Below, piece by piece: positions 18,223 to 28,783 of a stretch of DNA of 64,000 nt. Below the pieces are notes generated by a model that was not told the origin of the DNA, made no database searches, and saw only the letters and a list, made by a program, of their open reading frames with translations. Each line of letters starts with the position of its first letter. Positions within the stretch are counted from its first letter, which is position 1. Origin of the DNA: an uncultured Gammaproteobacteria bacterium (lineage in GTDB: Bacteria; Patescibacteriota; Microgenomatia; UBA10105; UBA927); contig CAYUUX010000001.1 of NCBI GenBank assembly GCA_964448085.1, positions 22,465 to 86,464 on the forward strand. Direction: 5' to 3'. A program made the position numbers and the translations under genes.

Positions 18223-19463
18223 CGAGAAATCACATCCTTGCCGACAAACGGCACTAACACGTCTGGCACACGAATGGATCCATCTTTTTGTTGATAATTT
18301 TCCAGAATTGGGATCAAAATACGCGGTGACGCCACCGCAGTATTGTTGAGCGTATGACAATGGAGCGTCTTTCCGTCTTTTGTTTTGTATCGGATATTCA
18401 AACGTCTCGCTTGGAATTCACCCATAAAGGAATCTGACATTGTCTCTCCATAGGCATGTCGAGAAGGCATCCATGTTTCAATATCAAACTTCTTCACTTG
18501 CGGCTCACCCATATCTCCAGTACACATGGACATCACACGATAGGGAAGCTTCAATTCTTGTAGAATCTCCTCTGAATTCAACAATAACTCGTCTAATAGA
18601 GTAATAGAGTTGTTCGTATCATTTTTTGATATAATTAATTGTTCAATTTTATTAAATTGGTGTAGTCTATAAGCACCTTTTGTGTCTTTTCCATAACTTC
18701 CCGCTTCTCTTCTAAAACATGGCGAGAAAGCAACAAATTTTTTCGGCAAGTCGGCTTCCGATAGCACTTCCTCACTGAAATACGATGTAACCGGTACTTC
18801 CGCAGTGCCTGCAAGATATAAATCGTCTTTTTCCAAATGATAGACTTCATCCTTACCCCAGGGGAATTGACCATTTCCAAAAAGGGTAAATTCTTTTACT
18901 AACGACGGTGCGATCAATGGAATATACCCTTTCGCAACAAGTTTCCTTAACGTGTAAAAAAGAATGCCGAATTCCAAAAGCACAGCTTCGTTTTTCAAAA
19001 AATATGCACGAAATCCACCAACCTTCGTTCCCCGTTCAAAATCCATCAAATCCAGCTTCTTTGCCAGTTCTATATGATCTTTGACTTCAAAATCAAACAC
19101 GGGCTCTTTCCCCCACCGCCTCACTTCAATATTGTCAACTTCATTCTTTCCAACCGGAACGGTTGCATCAGGAACGTTGGGCACCGTTAACATAACTTCC
19201 TTAAATTCCGTTTCAACCCGACGGAGCTCCTCTTCCAGACCCTTTAACGATTCTTTCAGCTGCCTTCCTTCCGCACGTGCGTCATCCGTTTGTTTCTGAC
19301 TAATGGTATTTCGCTTGGCGCGAAGATCATCAACCGCTTTTGTGAGTTTTCTTCTTGTTTCGTCCAACGACAACAACGTATCCCACGCAACATTACGATT
19401 TTTATTTATTGCAGCAGTTTTGCATTTATCTAAATTCTCTCGTATGTAATTAATGTCCAACAT
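18219..19463 (-). CDS. serS: serine--tRNA ligase
   Basis: N-terminal coiled-coil arm, class II motifs (FRREAGSYGKDTKGAYRLHQF; GDMGEPQ), 414 aa. Confidence 0.95.
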   Translation of the reverse strand: MLDINYIRENLDKCKTAAINKNRNVAWDTLLSLDETRRKLTKAVDDLRAKRNTISQKQTDDARAEGRQLKESLKGLEEELRRVETEFKEVMLTVPNVPDATVPVGKNEVDNIEVRRWGKEPVFDFEVKDHIELAKKLDLMDFERGTKVGGFRAYFLKNEAVLLEFGILFYTLRKLVAKGYIPLIAPSLVKEFTLFGNGQFPWGKDEVYHLEKDDLYLAGTAEVPVTSYFSEEVLSEADLPKKFVAFSPCFRREAGSYGKDTKGAYRLHQFNKIEQLIISKNDTNNSITLLDELLLNSEEILQELKLPYRVMSMCTGDMGEPQVKKFDIETWMPSRHAYGETMSDSFMGEFQARRLNIRYKTKDGKTLHCHTLNNTAVASPRILIPILENYQQKDGSIRVPDVLVPFVGKDVISR

Positions 19464-20070
19464 AGTAGTGTTGAATGATACCTTTCAGTTTTTCAACTGC
19501 TTTTCTTCTATGATTATAGATGGTATTCTCTTCGTCGGTCAATTCATCGTGGTTGTAAAATTTCGATAGTTCCGGAAGATACAAAAGCGATCGATAGGGA
19601 AATCCTGCACGACGATATTTTGAAGCTTTCAGGGGAATCATGCCACGAACGACACCTTCACTCGTCCATGTTTTACCCTCAGGAGTTGCGAATGCTAAAA
19701 ACAAATGGAGCTGGGCACCGCGCTTTGCTAAAGGAATATCTTTCATTCGCATAAGCGTGTATTCAATGAGCTCTTCGTCTTCATCTTCCCTCTCTTTATG
19801 AATCCATCGATGGGAATGGACTCCGGGTTCACCATGCAGGGCATCAATCTCTAATCCTCCATCATCGGCAATCGTTGGAAGACCCGATTCTCTGGCATAG
19901 TGCACTGCTTTTAATATTGCGTTTTCCTCGAACGTCTTTCCTGTCTCCTCCACATGATCCGTAATTCCGACATCCTTTAAATTCACAAGTGCTATTGCGA
20001 AATCTGACAAAAACTCCTGAAGCTCAGCGAGTTTCCCCGGATTCGTCGTTGCGACAAGAAGTTTTTTCAT
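19450..20070 (-). CDS. rdgB: non-canonical purine NTP pyrophosphatase (RdgB/Ham1 family)
   Basis: MKKLLVATTNPGKLAELQEFL...E.GKTFEENA..KA: Ham1/ITPase signature. Confidence 0.85.
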   Translation of the reverse strand: MKKLLVATTNPGKLAELQEFLSDFAIALVNLKDVGITDHVEETGKTFEENAILKAVHYARESGLPTIADDGGLEIDALHGEPGVHSHRWIHKEREDEDEELIEYTLMRMKDIPLAKRGAQLHLFLAFATPEGKTWTSEGVVRGMIPLKASKYRRAGFPYRSLLYLPELSKFYNHDELTDEENTIYNHRRKAVEKLKGIIQHYYVGH

Positions 20071-21524
20071 TGTTGTTCTGGTCGAAGCGTCGGGAATAAT
20101 ATAACGTCTTTGATAGATTTTTGATCTTCCAGAATTGTGAGCAGTCTATCTATTCCCATGCCCCATCCTGCAGTTGGCGGCATTCCATATTCAAGCGCTC
20201 GGATATAATCCGCATCATACGATTCAAATTCTTTCTGACCACGCTTGCCGAGTTCCTCGGATTCATGCCACCGTTTTGCCTGATCCTGCGGATCATTTAA
20301 TTCGTTATATGCATTCAAAAGCTCTTCTCCAACAACGAGCAATTGAAAAGAAGCGGTAAACCGCGGATCCTCAGGAAGACGTTTTGCAAGTGACACGAAT
20401 GCTGTTGGACGGTTTGTCAAAAACAACGGATCGACAAGCTTTGGACGCACTGTTGCTTTATACATTGTGTCCAAAAGCGCTCCGTAGCCGATTGCATCCG
20501 ACGTATCAACTTTGATCCCTTTCTCCTGCATCGCAGCTTTTAGTTTTTTTTCATCGTCCGCAATTGCTATGTCAATTCCCGTATGTTGTAAAACCGCATC
20601 GCGGTAGGTAACACGCGGCCAGGGAGGCGTAAAATCCAGTTCTTTCCCTTGATAGGAGATTTTCGTGGTTCCCTTTATTTCTTTTATGAGACCGCTCAAC
20701 ATCTTTTCCGTATAATTCATGAGATCTTCATACGTTGCATATGCCCAATAAAATTCAAGCATGGTAAATTCAGGATTATGTTGCTTGCTCATCCCTTCAT
20801 TTCTGAAGTCTTTGCCAATCTCGTATACTTTCTCAAAACCGCCCACGATCAGTCGCTTCAAATAGAGCTCTACTGCAATACGCAGATATAAATCCGTATC
20901 CAATGCATGATGGTGAGTAATAAACGGCTTTGCGGATGCACCACCGTACAATGGTTGCAATACCGGTGTCTCCACCTCCATAAACCCCTCTTTATCTAAG
21001 AAAGCACGAAGATAGGATATTACTTTGGTTCGTGTTTCGAAGACCTTTCGCACGTCCTTATTCATCACCAGGTCCACATACCGCTGACGATACCGCTCTT
21101 CAATATCGGTTAATCCATGCCACTGATCCGGAAGCGGACGAATAGCCTTGGAAAGGATCGTCATCGTTTTGGCAAAAACGGATATCTCTCCTGCTTGTGT
21201 TTTTCCCACATCTCCCGTGACTTTAACAAAGTCTCCCATGTCTAAAAGCTCTATGAGCGAGAAAGATAGTTCTTCCATCACATCTGCTTTACAAACTATC
21301 TGCATCTTATCTGTCCTATCGGCAATATCCATGAAAAATATCTTTCCGTGTCCGCGAATAGCCATGATGCGTCCGGCGATGGCAACCGTTTTCCCATCTT
21401 TCTTCTTTGCTTCCGTGATAAGATCCCTTTCTCCTGCCTCTGCAGGATATGAGAGAATACCTTTCTTGGTAAGCTTTTCCAGCTTTTCTATTCTTGTTTT
21501 TCTCAGTTCATCGAGTGTTGGCAT
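20067..21524 (-). CDS. lysS: lysine--tRNA ligase (class II)
   Basis: N-terminal OB anticodon-binding domain, class II motifs FRNEGMSKQHNPEFTMLEFY, GMGIDRL; 485 aa. Confidence 0.95.
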   Translation of the reverse strand: MPTLDELRKTRIEKLEKLTKKGILSYPAEAGERDLITEAKKKDGKTVAIAGRIMAIRGHGKIFFMDIADRTDKMQIVCKADVMEELSFSLIELLDMGDFVKVTGDVGKTQAGEISVFAKTMTILSKAIRPLPDQWHGLTDIEERYRQRYVDLVMNKDVRKVFETRTKVISYLRAFLDKEGFMEVETPVLQPLYGGASAKPFITHHHALDTDLYLRIAVELYLKRLIVGGFEKVYEIGKDFRNEGMSKQHNPEFTMLEFYWAYATYEDLMNYTEKMLSGLIKEIKGTTKISYQGKELDFTPPWPRVTYRDAVLQHTGIDIAIADDEKKLKAAMQEKGIKVDTSDAIGYGALLDTMYKATVRPKLVDPLFLTNRPTAFVSLAKRLPEDPRFTASFQLLVVGEELLNAYNELNDPQDQAKRWHESEELGKRGQKEFESYDADYIRALEYGMPPTAGWGMGIDRLLTILEDQKSIKDVILFPTLRPEQQ

Positions 21525-21540
21525 ATACTCCTATTATATA

Positions 21541-21575
21541 CAAAAACCCCGCTTCAGAAAGCGGGGTATTTTTTA
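21541..21575. terminator. intrinsic terminator after greA (bidirectional hairpin)
   Basis: CAAAAA-CCCCGC-TTCAGAAA-GCGGGG-TATTTTTTAT; on the minus strand reads CCCCGCTTTCTGAAGCGGGG + TTTTTG right after the greA stop. Confidence 0.7.
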
Positions 21576-21584
21576 TATTTCCAT

Positions 21585-22040
21585 TTATTCAATTGATAAT
21601 ATCTTGTAGACAATCTTCCCCGCCGGCGCCTCAACTTCAACTGTCTCTCCCGCTTTTTTACCCAAAAGCGCTTTTCCGAGCGGAGACGAATGGGAGATCT
21701 TTTTATTCATAGGATCCGCTTCCCATTCACCGACAAGAGAATATACATCTTTCTTTCCGTTAATATGAAGCGTTACTTTCGATCCGACATCAACGTGACT
21801 TTTTGTATGATTTGTCACAACTTTTGCGCCATGCAGAATTTCTTCAAGCTCTGCGATGCGACCATCTATAAAAGACAAATCCTGTTTTGCAGCGGCATAT
21901 TCACTGTTTTCCGATAAATCTCCGTTATCACGGGCATCAGAAAGCCTCTGCACCGCTGCTGGACGCTTGGTCTTCAACAAATCCTCGTGCTCAAGACGAA
22001 GCTCTTCCAGTCCTTCTTTGGTAAGTAATTGTCTATCCAT
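21585..22040 (-). CDS. greA: transcription elongation factor GreA
   Basis: N-terminal coiled coil with acidic tip GDLSENSEY, C-terminal FKBP-like domain; 151 aa. Confidence 0.9.
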   Translation of the reverse strand: MDRQLLTKEGLEELRLEHEDLLKTKRPAAVQRLSDARDNGDLSENSEYAAAKQDLSFIDGRIAELEEILHGAKVVTNHTKSHVDVGSKVTLHINGKKDVYSLVGEWEADPMNKKISHSSPLGKALLGKKAGETVEVEAPAGKIVYKILSIE

Positions 22041-22154
22041 ATATCCTTTTATTCAAAAAAAAACTTCCCTCAGTCATGTTACTCTCGGCTTTGGAAGCAG
22101 AATAATTGCGTGTCTGGAATACCGGACACAATGGTAAAGTTTACCCAAGTCTTC

Positions 22155-22183
22155 TTGTGATGTCAAGTGCTTACTGGTACAAT
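22155..22183 (+). promoter_or_regulatory. sigma70-type promoter candidate for tRNA-Glu (TTGTGA-17-TACAAT)
   Basis: TTGTGA at 22155-22160, 17 nt spacer, TACAAT at 22178-22183, about 37 nt upstream of the tRNA 5' end. Confidence 0.4.
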
Positions 22184-22219
22184 ACAGACGAATTCTTTTG
22201 CTCTTTTGAAGCTAAATTT

Positions 22220-22293
22220 GCCCCCATCGTCTAGCGGCCTAGGACGGCGCCTTCTCAAGGCGCAGACCGCCGGTTCGAATCCGGCTGGGGGTA
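22220..22293 (+). tRNA. tRNA-Glu (anticodon CTC)
   Basis: Manual cloverleaf: acceptor GCCCCCA/TGGGGGT (G1.U72), U8, D-arm GTCT-AGCGGCCTA-GGAC, anticodon arm GCGCC-TTCTCAA-GGCGC (U33, anticodon CUC), T-arm GCCGG-TTCGAAT-CCGGC, discriminator A; no encoded CCA. Confidence 0.85.
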
Positions 22294-22380
22294 CCCAATT
22301 CCGACTTGTTAATATTCAAATAGTTTGAATTTTTTCTCTTCAGCTACTTTATTGCTATATATCCCTCCATTTGATATACT

Positions 22381-23802
22381 ATGGGCTATTATCATTCTAT
22401 GAATCATGAGTCTTTTCCCCTTTATAGCCAGTCAGACAGGGAACCAATCTTACCCACAGAATCACTATTATTACCGGCTACTAGAAAAATTGCCCAAATG
22501 TTCCATTCTATATATAACCAAAATGTCCCATCGGGCATTCAAGAACGATTTAATGAATTGAAGAACAATAGCACTCAACACATTTCTATAGATCAATCCA
22601 TCGATGGAACAAGCTTTTCTTCAAACGATCCGAATTCAAGAGATGTTGTTGGATATATGGATCCAGAAACAGATATTATTCATCTCCCAAACGCATCAAG
22701 AGAATCAACGGTAATACATGAAATGTTCCATTTTCTTTCCTCCAACCCATCAACGAAACATTCTGGATTTCATTACCATAACGTTCTCTGGACAAAATAT
22801 TTAAACGAAGCATTTACTGAATTTCTAACCTTTAATACCATACGTCGTGATGTTCATGGCGTATTGAAGCCTGATGCTAATTCAGACAATGCACAAAGAG
22901 GAATAGAAAAATACTTAACTCGTGGGTATGATCCCTATGAAGAGAAAACAGAAAGCTATAGAACTGCCTATGATACCTTGCTTGATACTGTTACCTATAT
23001 CCCATCAGACAAAAAAAAGGATGTTATGATCCGGTTCATTGATAGCTATTTTTCACAAAATCTTGACGGGGTTATTGACGCGCTTTCGCTATTTACATAC
23101 ACCGATTACACTGATTTTGACAAACGAAAAGGGCCACCAATCAAACGTTTAGTATCAGAATTCCTTCATGAAAGTTTTGAAAATATCGCATTGCATAAGA
23201 TTGAAACATGGAAAGATCATTTAGACCATCTTCCATTAACAACGAATTTATTTTCTACCACAAAAGAGCGATCCGAATATGCAGTTATCCAAAAAATGGT
23301 GCGGCTGATAACGCAACAAAGCAAGGATACTCTCGTCGATGTTCATATATTGTTTTCAGACAATATCAAACAAAGAAAAGGTATACAAACGGATATGTAT
23401 TCTAATAACTTATCATCATTTATCTTGATTAGTACTGATTTATTAGATGCAAGCAAGTACTTAATTCTTTCCAACACTGGGGTCTTCTGGGAAGCGTATC
23501 GATTGCTTTTATTAGAACAGGCAGCAACGTTAGCCCAACACAGCATCATATTTAATAAAAAAGACGTACAGAATGCAATGTCGTCAGTTATAAGCCGGAT
23601 TGATCCGAATCAGCAAAAAACCGTTGATGTACTTCGACAACTTCTGCAAAACGACCCTGGTAATCCTCGTCATATGGATATGATACGTAGTATTCTTGGC
23701 ATTGACGATATCTTCTCAATGGTTATCGATGATGGTATTGAGAAGATATCTTCCATACGACAAGTCGACACCGTACTCAGACGTTATAAAAACAAACATT
23801 AA
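22381..23802 (+). CDS. orphan HExxH-motif protein (putative zinc metallopeptidase-like), no signal peptide
   Basis: 473 aa; only recognisable feature is STVIHEMFHFLSS (HExxH, about nt 22717-22731); rest helical, no match to families I can name; AT-rich and first gene after tRNA-Glu. Start ambiguous (22381 or Met7 at 22399; TATACT box at 22375-22380). Confidence 0.5.
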   Translation: MGYYHSMNHESFPLYSQSDREPILPTESLLLPATRKIAQMFHSIYNQNVPSGIQERFNELKNNSTQHISIDQSIDGTSFSSNDPNSRDVVGYMDPETDIIHLPNASRESTVIHEMFHFLSSNPSTKHSGFHYHNVLWTKYLNEAFTEFLTFNTIRRDVHGVLKPDANSDNAQRGIEKYLTRGYDPYEEKTESYRTAYDTLLDTVTYIPSDKKKDVMIRFIDSYFSQNLDGVIDALSLFTYTDYTDFDKRKGPPIKRLVSEFLHESFENIALHKIETWKDHLDHLPLTTNLFSTTKERSEYAVIQKMVRLITQQSKDTLVDVHILFSDNIKQRKGIQTDMYSNNLSSFILISTDLLDASKYLILSNTGVFWEAYRLLLLEQAATLAQHSIIFNKKDVQNAMSSVISRIDPNQQKTVDVLRQLLQNDPGNPRHMDMIRSILGIDDIFSMVIDDGIEKISSIRQVDTVLRRYKNKH

Positions 23803-23928
23803 ACCAAAACACGAAGTATAAAATAACAACACCCGTTAGCTAGGATCTACTTCATCTATCATAATTTCACTTTCCACCCTTCATAAACACCTTTACACCT
23901 TATGTAATAGGACATATCATGGATATAT

Positions 23929-24486
23929 ATGAAAAAAGCACCAAAAACGGCAGAGCCGACTGTAGAACCAATAACGAATAGCGTTGAGGAACAAATTCCT
24001 CCCGCCCCACCAGTTGAACCGATTACCCCGCCTCCAACAGTTCGGAAAAATACTGCACTTTTCCCTTTATTATTCCTCGTTCTGGTTGCAGCAGGACTCA
24101 TCGTAGCGTTTCCGGATGTGCAAAACATTGTTTCCCAAGCAGCATCTAAAAAATGTCAACCCATCGCACGCGTTATGATCAACCCTGGGTCTATTGAAAC
24201 AATGACAAACAGTAAGGCTACAGAACTCTCGGTTATGGCATATGACAAATACAACATGCCGGTAAAACAGGGAGTAAAATACGACTGGGGAATTAGTTCA
24301 ACAAACAGTGTCGGCACGGTAAAAGCTCGCCACGACTTGGCAACATTTATCCCTTCAAATGTTGGTATGGGAGACTTATACGTAAAGACGACCAACAACT
24401 GCACAAAAAATGCGGTCATTGGTTCCGCAAAGGTCATTGTGAAGCAGGGTATTGCCCCGACACCGACAACGAAGAAAAGAAAATAA
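23929..24486 (+). CDS. membrane-anchored hypothetical protein with Pro-rich N-terminus and C-terminal beta-rich (Ig-like?) domain
   Basis: PPAPPVEPITPPP then TM LFPLLFLVLVAAGLIVAF; C-terminal about 110 aa alternating beta pattern. Confidence 0.45.
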   Translation: MKKAPKTAEPTVEPITNSVEEQIPPAPPVEPITPPPTVRKNTALFPLLFLVLVAAGLIVAFPDVQNIVSQAASKKCQPIARVMINPGSIETMTNSKATELSVMAYDKYNMPVKQGVKYDWGISSTNSVGTVKARHDLATFIPSNVGMGDLYVKTTNNCTKNAVIGSAKVIVKQGIAPTPTTKKRK

Positions 24487-24534
24487 CCGCACGCTGTTCA
24501 GTTATTCTTGCAGTGTTTATGCTACAATTTGGAC

Positions 24535-25476
24535 ATGATTTGGGAGCGACATAAACGTTCTGGAGTATCAAAACTTTTTCGGTTAATCATTTTTTTTGCA
24601 TGCGTTGTGGGTTGTATAGTTCTTTTCCGACGCATTTTTCCAAAACCAGTAGTTATTTCCCCCATTCCCCCGGAAGAAAAACAAGAGGTAGCGTCAAACA
24701 ACATTCTTTCACTCTTTAGAGCGAAAAAAAATCCTGATGATCTAAAAAAACGCATCCGGGAGACGATCGGGTTGACATGGAAAAACTATTCCATCCTTGT
24801 TGTGGATACGCAATCTGATTTTCGGGCAGGAATTAATGAGGAACAAATCTATACTGCCGCATCCGTAAATAAAATACCGATTCTCGCAGCGCTCTATATT
24901 CAGGTGCAAGCAGGAAAAGTAGATTTAGATAAAAGCATCACGCTTCAAGCTGAAGATATCCAAGATTACGGTACCGGGTCCATCCGCTATTCCCCACCTG
25001 GTACGACGTATTCAATTAAAACACTTGCCAAGCTTATGATGCAACAAAGCGACAACACCGCGGCGTATATCCTTTCCAACCATATCGTTGGTGTTGATGT
25101 TGTCCAGCAGTTCGTTTCCGATTGGGGAATGACGCAGACAGATATGATTAACAACAAAACCTCCAACGCCGATATTGCCGCGCTTATCAAAAAAATCTAT
25201 GAAGGGAAGATCGCCAATGTTGCATACACAAAAGAAATGCTTTCCTTTTTCAAGGATGGAGAATTTGAGGATCGTCTTCCGGGGCTTCTTCCAAAAGACG
25301 TGACTGTATATCACAAAATCGGCACAGAAATCGGCATCATGCATGATGTGGGTATCGTGGTTGGACCAACGACCAAATATTATATTGGAATTCTGACGAG
25401 TGACGTCAATGATGAGGAAGCGACAACAAAATTGATGGCAAAGGTATCCAAACTCGTCTACGATTACATGAATTAA
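24535..25476 (+). CDS. class A beta-lactamase-like serine hydrolase, membrane-anchored
   Basis: S-x-x-K (ASVNK), SDN (QQSDNTAAYIL) and KTG-like (KIGTEIG) motifs in the order and spacing of class A beta-lactamase/PBP-like fold; N-terminal TM. Confidence 0.7.
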   Translation: MIWERHKRSGVSKLFRLIIFFACVVGCIVLFRRIFPKPVVISPIPPEEKQEVASNNILSLFRAKKNPDDLKKRIRETIGLTWKNYSILVVDTQSDFRAGINEEQIYTAASVNKIPILAALYIQVQAGKVDLDKSITLQAEDIQDYGTGSIRYSPPGTTYSIKTLAKLMMQQSDNTAAYILSNHIVGVDVVQQFVSDWGMTQTDMINNKTSNADIAALIKKIYEGKIANVAYTKEMLSFFKDGEFEDRLPGLLPKDVTVYHKIGTEIGIMHDVGIVVGPTTKYYIGILTSDVNDEEATTKLMAKVSKLVYDYMN

Positions 25477-25479
25477 CGA

Positions 25480-27882
25480 CTATTTCTTGGAGGGTGATTT
25501 CGTAAGTGCTATCTTCAATACCTCATCCATATGTTCCACAAAGTGAAATGCGAGATCTTTTTTCACCTCAGTTGGAATATCTTCCATATCTTTTTTGTTA
25601 TTTTTTGGAAGCACCACGACTTTGATACCCGCTCGGTGAGCGGCTATGACTTTTTCCTTAACCCCTCCGATTTCCATAACTCGCCCACGCAGCGTAATTT
25701 CCCCAGTCATGGCAACCGCTTTTTTCACAGGAATCTTTGTGAATGCTGAAACGATTGCTGTAGCGATGGCAGCGCCTGCTGAAGGTCCATCTTTCGGCAC
25801 GGCACCTTCCGGCACATGAACATGCACATCCAGTTTCTGGAAGAATTTTTCTGCCAACCCGAATGTTTTATATCGGCTTCTGACATAGGACATCGCCGCT
25901 TGTGCAGACTCTTTCATAACGTCTCCAAGTTGTCCCGTAAGAAGAAGACTGCCTCTCCCCGGCATGAGGGCAACTTCAATAAAAAGAATTTCTCCACCTG
26001 CTTCGGTCCAAGCCATACCAGTAGACATTCCCACTTCGTCTTTCTTCTCAGCTAACATTGAACTGAATTTCCGAGGACCAAGATATTCCGGAAGCTCTTT
26101 ATGTGAAATGAGGAGTTTTTTCCTCTTGGATTCTTCCATGTCGGCAATCTTCCGTGCAACTTTTCGATATAACGCGGCTACTTCCCGCTCTAAATTTCTG
26201 ACCCCGGCTTCCCGCGTATAGGTTCGGATTACATCCAAAATAGCATCGTCTGTTATTTTGACTAGCTTCTCGGGTATACCGTGCACGCCGCGCTGTTTTT
26301 CCAAAAGGAAATCCTTCACAATGTGATATTTCTCAACTTCCGTATACCCTGCAAAGTGAATCACTTCCAAACGATCACGGAGCGCAGGCGGAATGGTATC
26401 CAACACGTTGCAGGTAGTTATAAAGAACACGTCGGAAAGATCGAATGGCACGTCAAGATAATGATCAGAAAATGCGTAATTTTGTTCAGGATCAAGCGCT
26501 TCAAGCAGCGCGCTTGACGGGTCGCCACGAAAATCCGTTCCCACCTTATCGATTTCATCCAGCATAAAAACAGGATTCTTCGTCCCAGCCTGTTTGACTC
26601 CCTGGATAATGCGACCGGGGAGTGCACCAACGTACGTTCTGCGATGTCCCCGTATCTCCGCTTCATCCCGAATACCGCCTAGAGACATTTTCACAAACTT
26701 CCGCCCCAAAGATCGGGCAATGGATTTACCTATAGATGTTTTTCCTACTCCAGGAGGTCCAACAAAGCAAAGGATGGTTGGAGAAGATTTGCTTTTTCTT
26801 TTTTGCTCTTTTCCTGTTTCCTTTTTTTCTGAGATTTCTTCCCCGTCTTTGCTTCTCAGTTTCATTACGGCAAGATATTCAAGTATCCGTTCCTTAATCT
26901 TTTCCAAACCATAATGGTCTTCGTTCAAAACAGCGGCTGCGTCTTTTATATTTACGTTGTTGGGACTTGCCACTGCCCAGGGTAATTCCACTAATGTATC
27001 AAGATATGTCCTCACATAGGAAGTTTCAGGATTGTATTGGGACATTTGCGCCAGACGGGACAACTCTTTTTCCGCTTTCTTTCTCACTTCCTCAGGCATA
27101 CCCGCTTTCCTTATTTTATCTCCCAGTTCTTTAATCTCCTTGTTATCGTCATCTTCTCCAAGCTCTTTTTCAATTGTCTTCATGCGCTCTCGCAACACCT
27201 GTTCTCTTACGTTCTTGTCAAATTTTGCCTGCGTTTTATTGGCAATATTTTGTTCCAATTCAAGAACCTTCACTTCTTTTGCAAGGTAAAATGCTTCTTT
27301 GGAAAACCGTTCTTTCACGGAATGCATTTCCAATAGTTCCTGACGCTGACTGGGTTTGAGATCCAAAATGCTTGCGATTTGATAGGAAAGCGTCAACGGC
27401 ATGGTGCCGGACATAATGTTCATGAATGTCAGGAAATCAATGGTTTTCCCTAATTTCACCGAATGCTTTAATTGATTGCTTAAATGATTGAAAAGCGCTT
27501 TCGTTTCCTCATCATCCTCAATAGTATCCGTCAATTCAAAGCCCCGTGCGACAAAAAACGGTTCAACCGCTTCATATGAAGTAATGTCTACTTTCGCGTT
27601 CCCCCGGATAAGCGCATTGATTTCCCCTTCATTCTTCATCATTTGAACGATTTCGCCCATAACCCCTATCTGAAAAAGGTCCGAAGGAACAGGATCATTA
27701 ATATTCTGATTGCGCTGCATGACGAAGATTACTTTCTTTCCCGTATTTTGCGCGGCCTCAATGGAAGCAACGGAGCGCTGTCTGCCGAAGGTGAGGATCA
27801 TCTCGGTATTGGGAAATACTATTCCGTCCCGAATCGGTACAACGGGCAAAAGATGTTCTTTTGTTGGAAATGGTTCATCCAT
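25480..27882 (-). CDS. lon: ATP-dependent Lon protease (endopeptidase La)
   Basis: 800 aa; Lon N-domain, AAA+ Walker [10 protein letters not shown], Walker B, catalytic Ser-Lys dyad region (PKDGPSAG...K). Confidence 0.96.
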   Translation of the reverse strand: MDEPFPTKEHLLPVVPIRDGIVFPNTEMILTFGRQRSVASIEAAQNTGKKVIFVMQRNQNINDPVPSDLFQIGVMGEIVQMMKNEGEINALIRGNAKVDITSYEAVEPFFVARGFELTDTIEDDEETKALFNHLSNQLKHSVKLGKTIDFLTFMNIMSGTMPLTLSYQIASILDLKPSQRQELLEMHSVKERFSKEAFYLAKEVKVLELEQNIANKTQAKFDKNVREQVLRERMKTIEKELGEDDDNKEIKELGDKIRKAGMPEEVRKKAEKELSRLAQMSQYNPETSYVRTYLDTLVELPWAVASPNNVNIKDAAAVLNEDHYGLEKIKERILEYLAVMKLRSKDGEEISEKKETGKEQKRKSKSSPTILCFVGPPGVGKTSIGKSIARSLGRKFVKMSLGGIRDEAEIRGHRRTYVGALPGRIIQGVKQAGTKNPVFMLDEIDKVGTDFRGDPSSALLEALDPEQNYAFSDHYLDVPFDLSDVFFITTCNVLDTIPPALRDRLEVIHFAGYTEVEKYHIVKDFLLEKQRGVHGIPEKLVKITDDAILDVIRTYTREAGVRNLEREVAALYRKVARKIADMEESKRKKLLISHKELPEYLGPRKFSSMLAEKKDEVGMSTGMAWTEAGGEILFIEVALMPGRGSLLLTGQLGDVMKESAQAAMSYVRSRYKTFGLAEKFFQKLDVHVHVPEGAVPKDGPSAGAAIATAIVSAFTKIPVKKAVAMTGEITLRGRVMEIGGVKEKVIAAHRAGIKVVVLPKNNKKDMEDIPTEVKKDLAFHFVEHMDEVLKIALTKSPSKK

Positions 27883-27901
27883 ATGTCTTTATTAGCAGTC
27901 A

Positions 27902-27930
27902 AGTATAACAAGTGCTAAGGCTGCTGTCAA
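27902..27930 (-). promoter_or_regulatory. near-consensus sigma70 promoter for lon (TTGACA-17-TATACT)
   Basis: Minus strand reads TTGACA GCAGCCTTAGCACTTGT TATACT; -10 ends about 20 nt upstream of the lon ATG; lies in the 49 bp gap after the korB stop. Confidence 0.5.
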
Positions 27931-27931
27931 C

Positions 27932-28783
27932 TTAGATAAAAAGACCCAACACACCAGAGGTTTCTATTGTTACAACCTGCTGTTGGGCAAGAGGGCCGTT
28001 TTTGAGCACAATTTCCCGATCTTCACTGGTTTTTTCGTTCCGTTTGTGAAACACACCTATGGGTATTTTTTCCCCAAACGTCATCGCAGTTTCCAACGCC
28101 CGTTTTCGATCGGCAAGATTTTCTTCTGTTATGTTCACTTTTTGTATTCGTTCCCTGTACCATTCGTACGTATGGATTTTATCAAACGTTACACAGGGTT
28201 GGAGCATATCAACAACTGAAAATCCTTTGTGTGTTATTGCCTGTGCAATAAGTTCGGTAAGATGCGGAATATCCCCCGTAAACCCTCTGGCTGCAAATGT
28301 TGCGCCAGAAAAAACCGCAAGGGAAGAAGGGGTAAATGGCATATCCGTTACACCTTCCGGTGTTGATTTTGTCACCATACCGACTTGCGCTGTTGGTGAT
28401 GCCTGACCCGTTGTCAGCCCATACACTTCATTGTTGTGGATAAGGACCGTAATATCCGGATTTCTTCGTGCAGCGTGGATAAAATGATTGCCACCCTCCC
28501 CCAAACAGTCTCCATCCCCGGTAACCGCGATAACCGTAAGTTCGGGGTTGGCTAGTTTAATGCCTTGCGCAACGGGGAGAGCGCGTCCATGAAGCCCCTG
28601 CACCCCGTATACGTTCATCCAATCACGCATATTCCCATGACAGCCGACGCCATAGACTATAACAATTTTTTCTCGTGCTATTGTAAGTTTTGTCAGTGCA
28701 TTCTTCAATGCCATCCAAATGCCGAAATTGCCGCAACCGGGGCACCACGTCGGCTTAAAACCGGTATGAAATTGATCATCCAT
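27932..28783 (-). CDS. korB: 2-oxoacid:ferredoxin oxidoreductase beta subunit (TPP-binding)
   Basis: TPP-binding GDGD motif (VTGDGDCLGEGGNHFIHAARRN), CPGCGN N-terminal cysteine motif; 283 aa. Confidence 0.85.
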   Translation of the reverse strand: MDDQFHTGFKPTWCPGCGNFGIWMALKNALTKLTIAREKIVIVYGVGCHGNMRDWMNVYGVQGLHGRALPVAQGIKLANPELTVIAVTGDGDCLGEGGNHFIHAARRNPDITVLIHNNEVYGLTTGQASPTAQVGMVTKSTPEGVTDMPFTPSSLAVFSGATFAARGFTGDIPHLTELIAQAITHKGFSVVDMLQPCVTFDKIHTYEWYRERIQKVNITEENLADRKRALETAMTFGEKIPIGVFHKRNEKTSEDREIVLKNGPLAQQQVVTIETSGVLGLFI

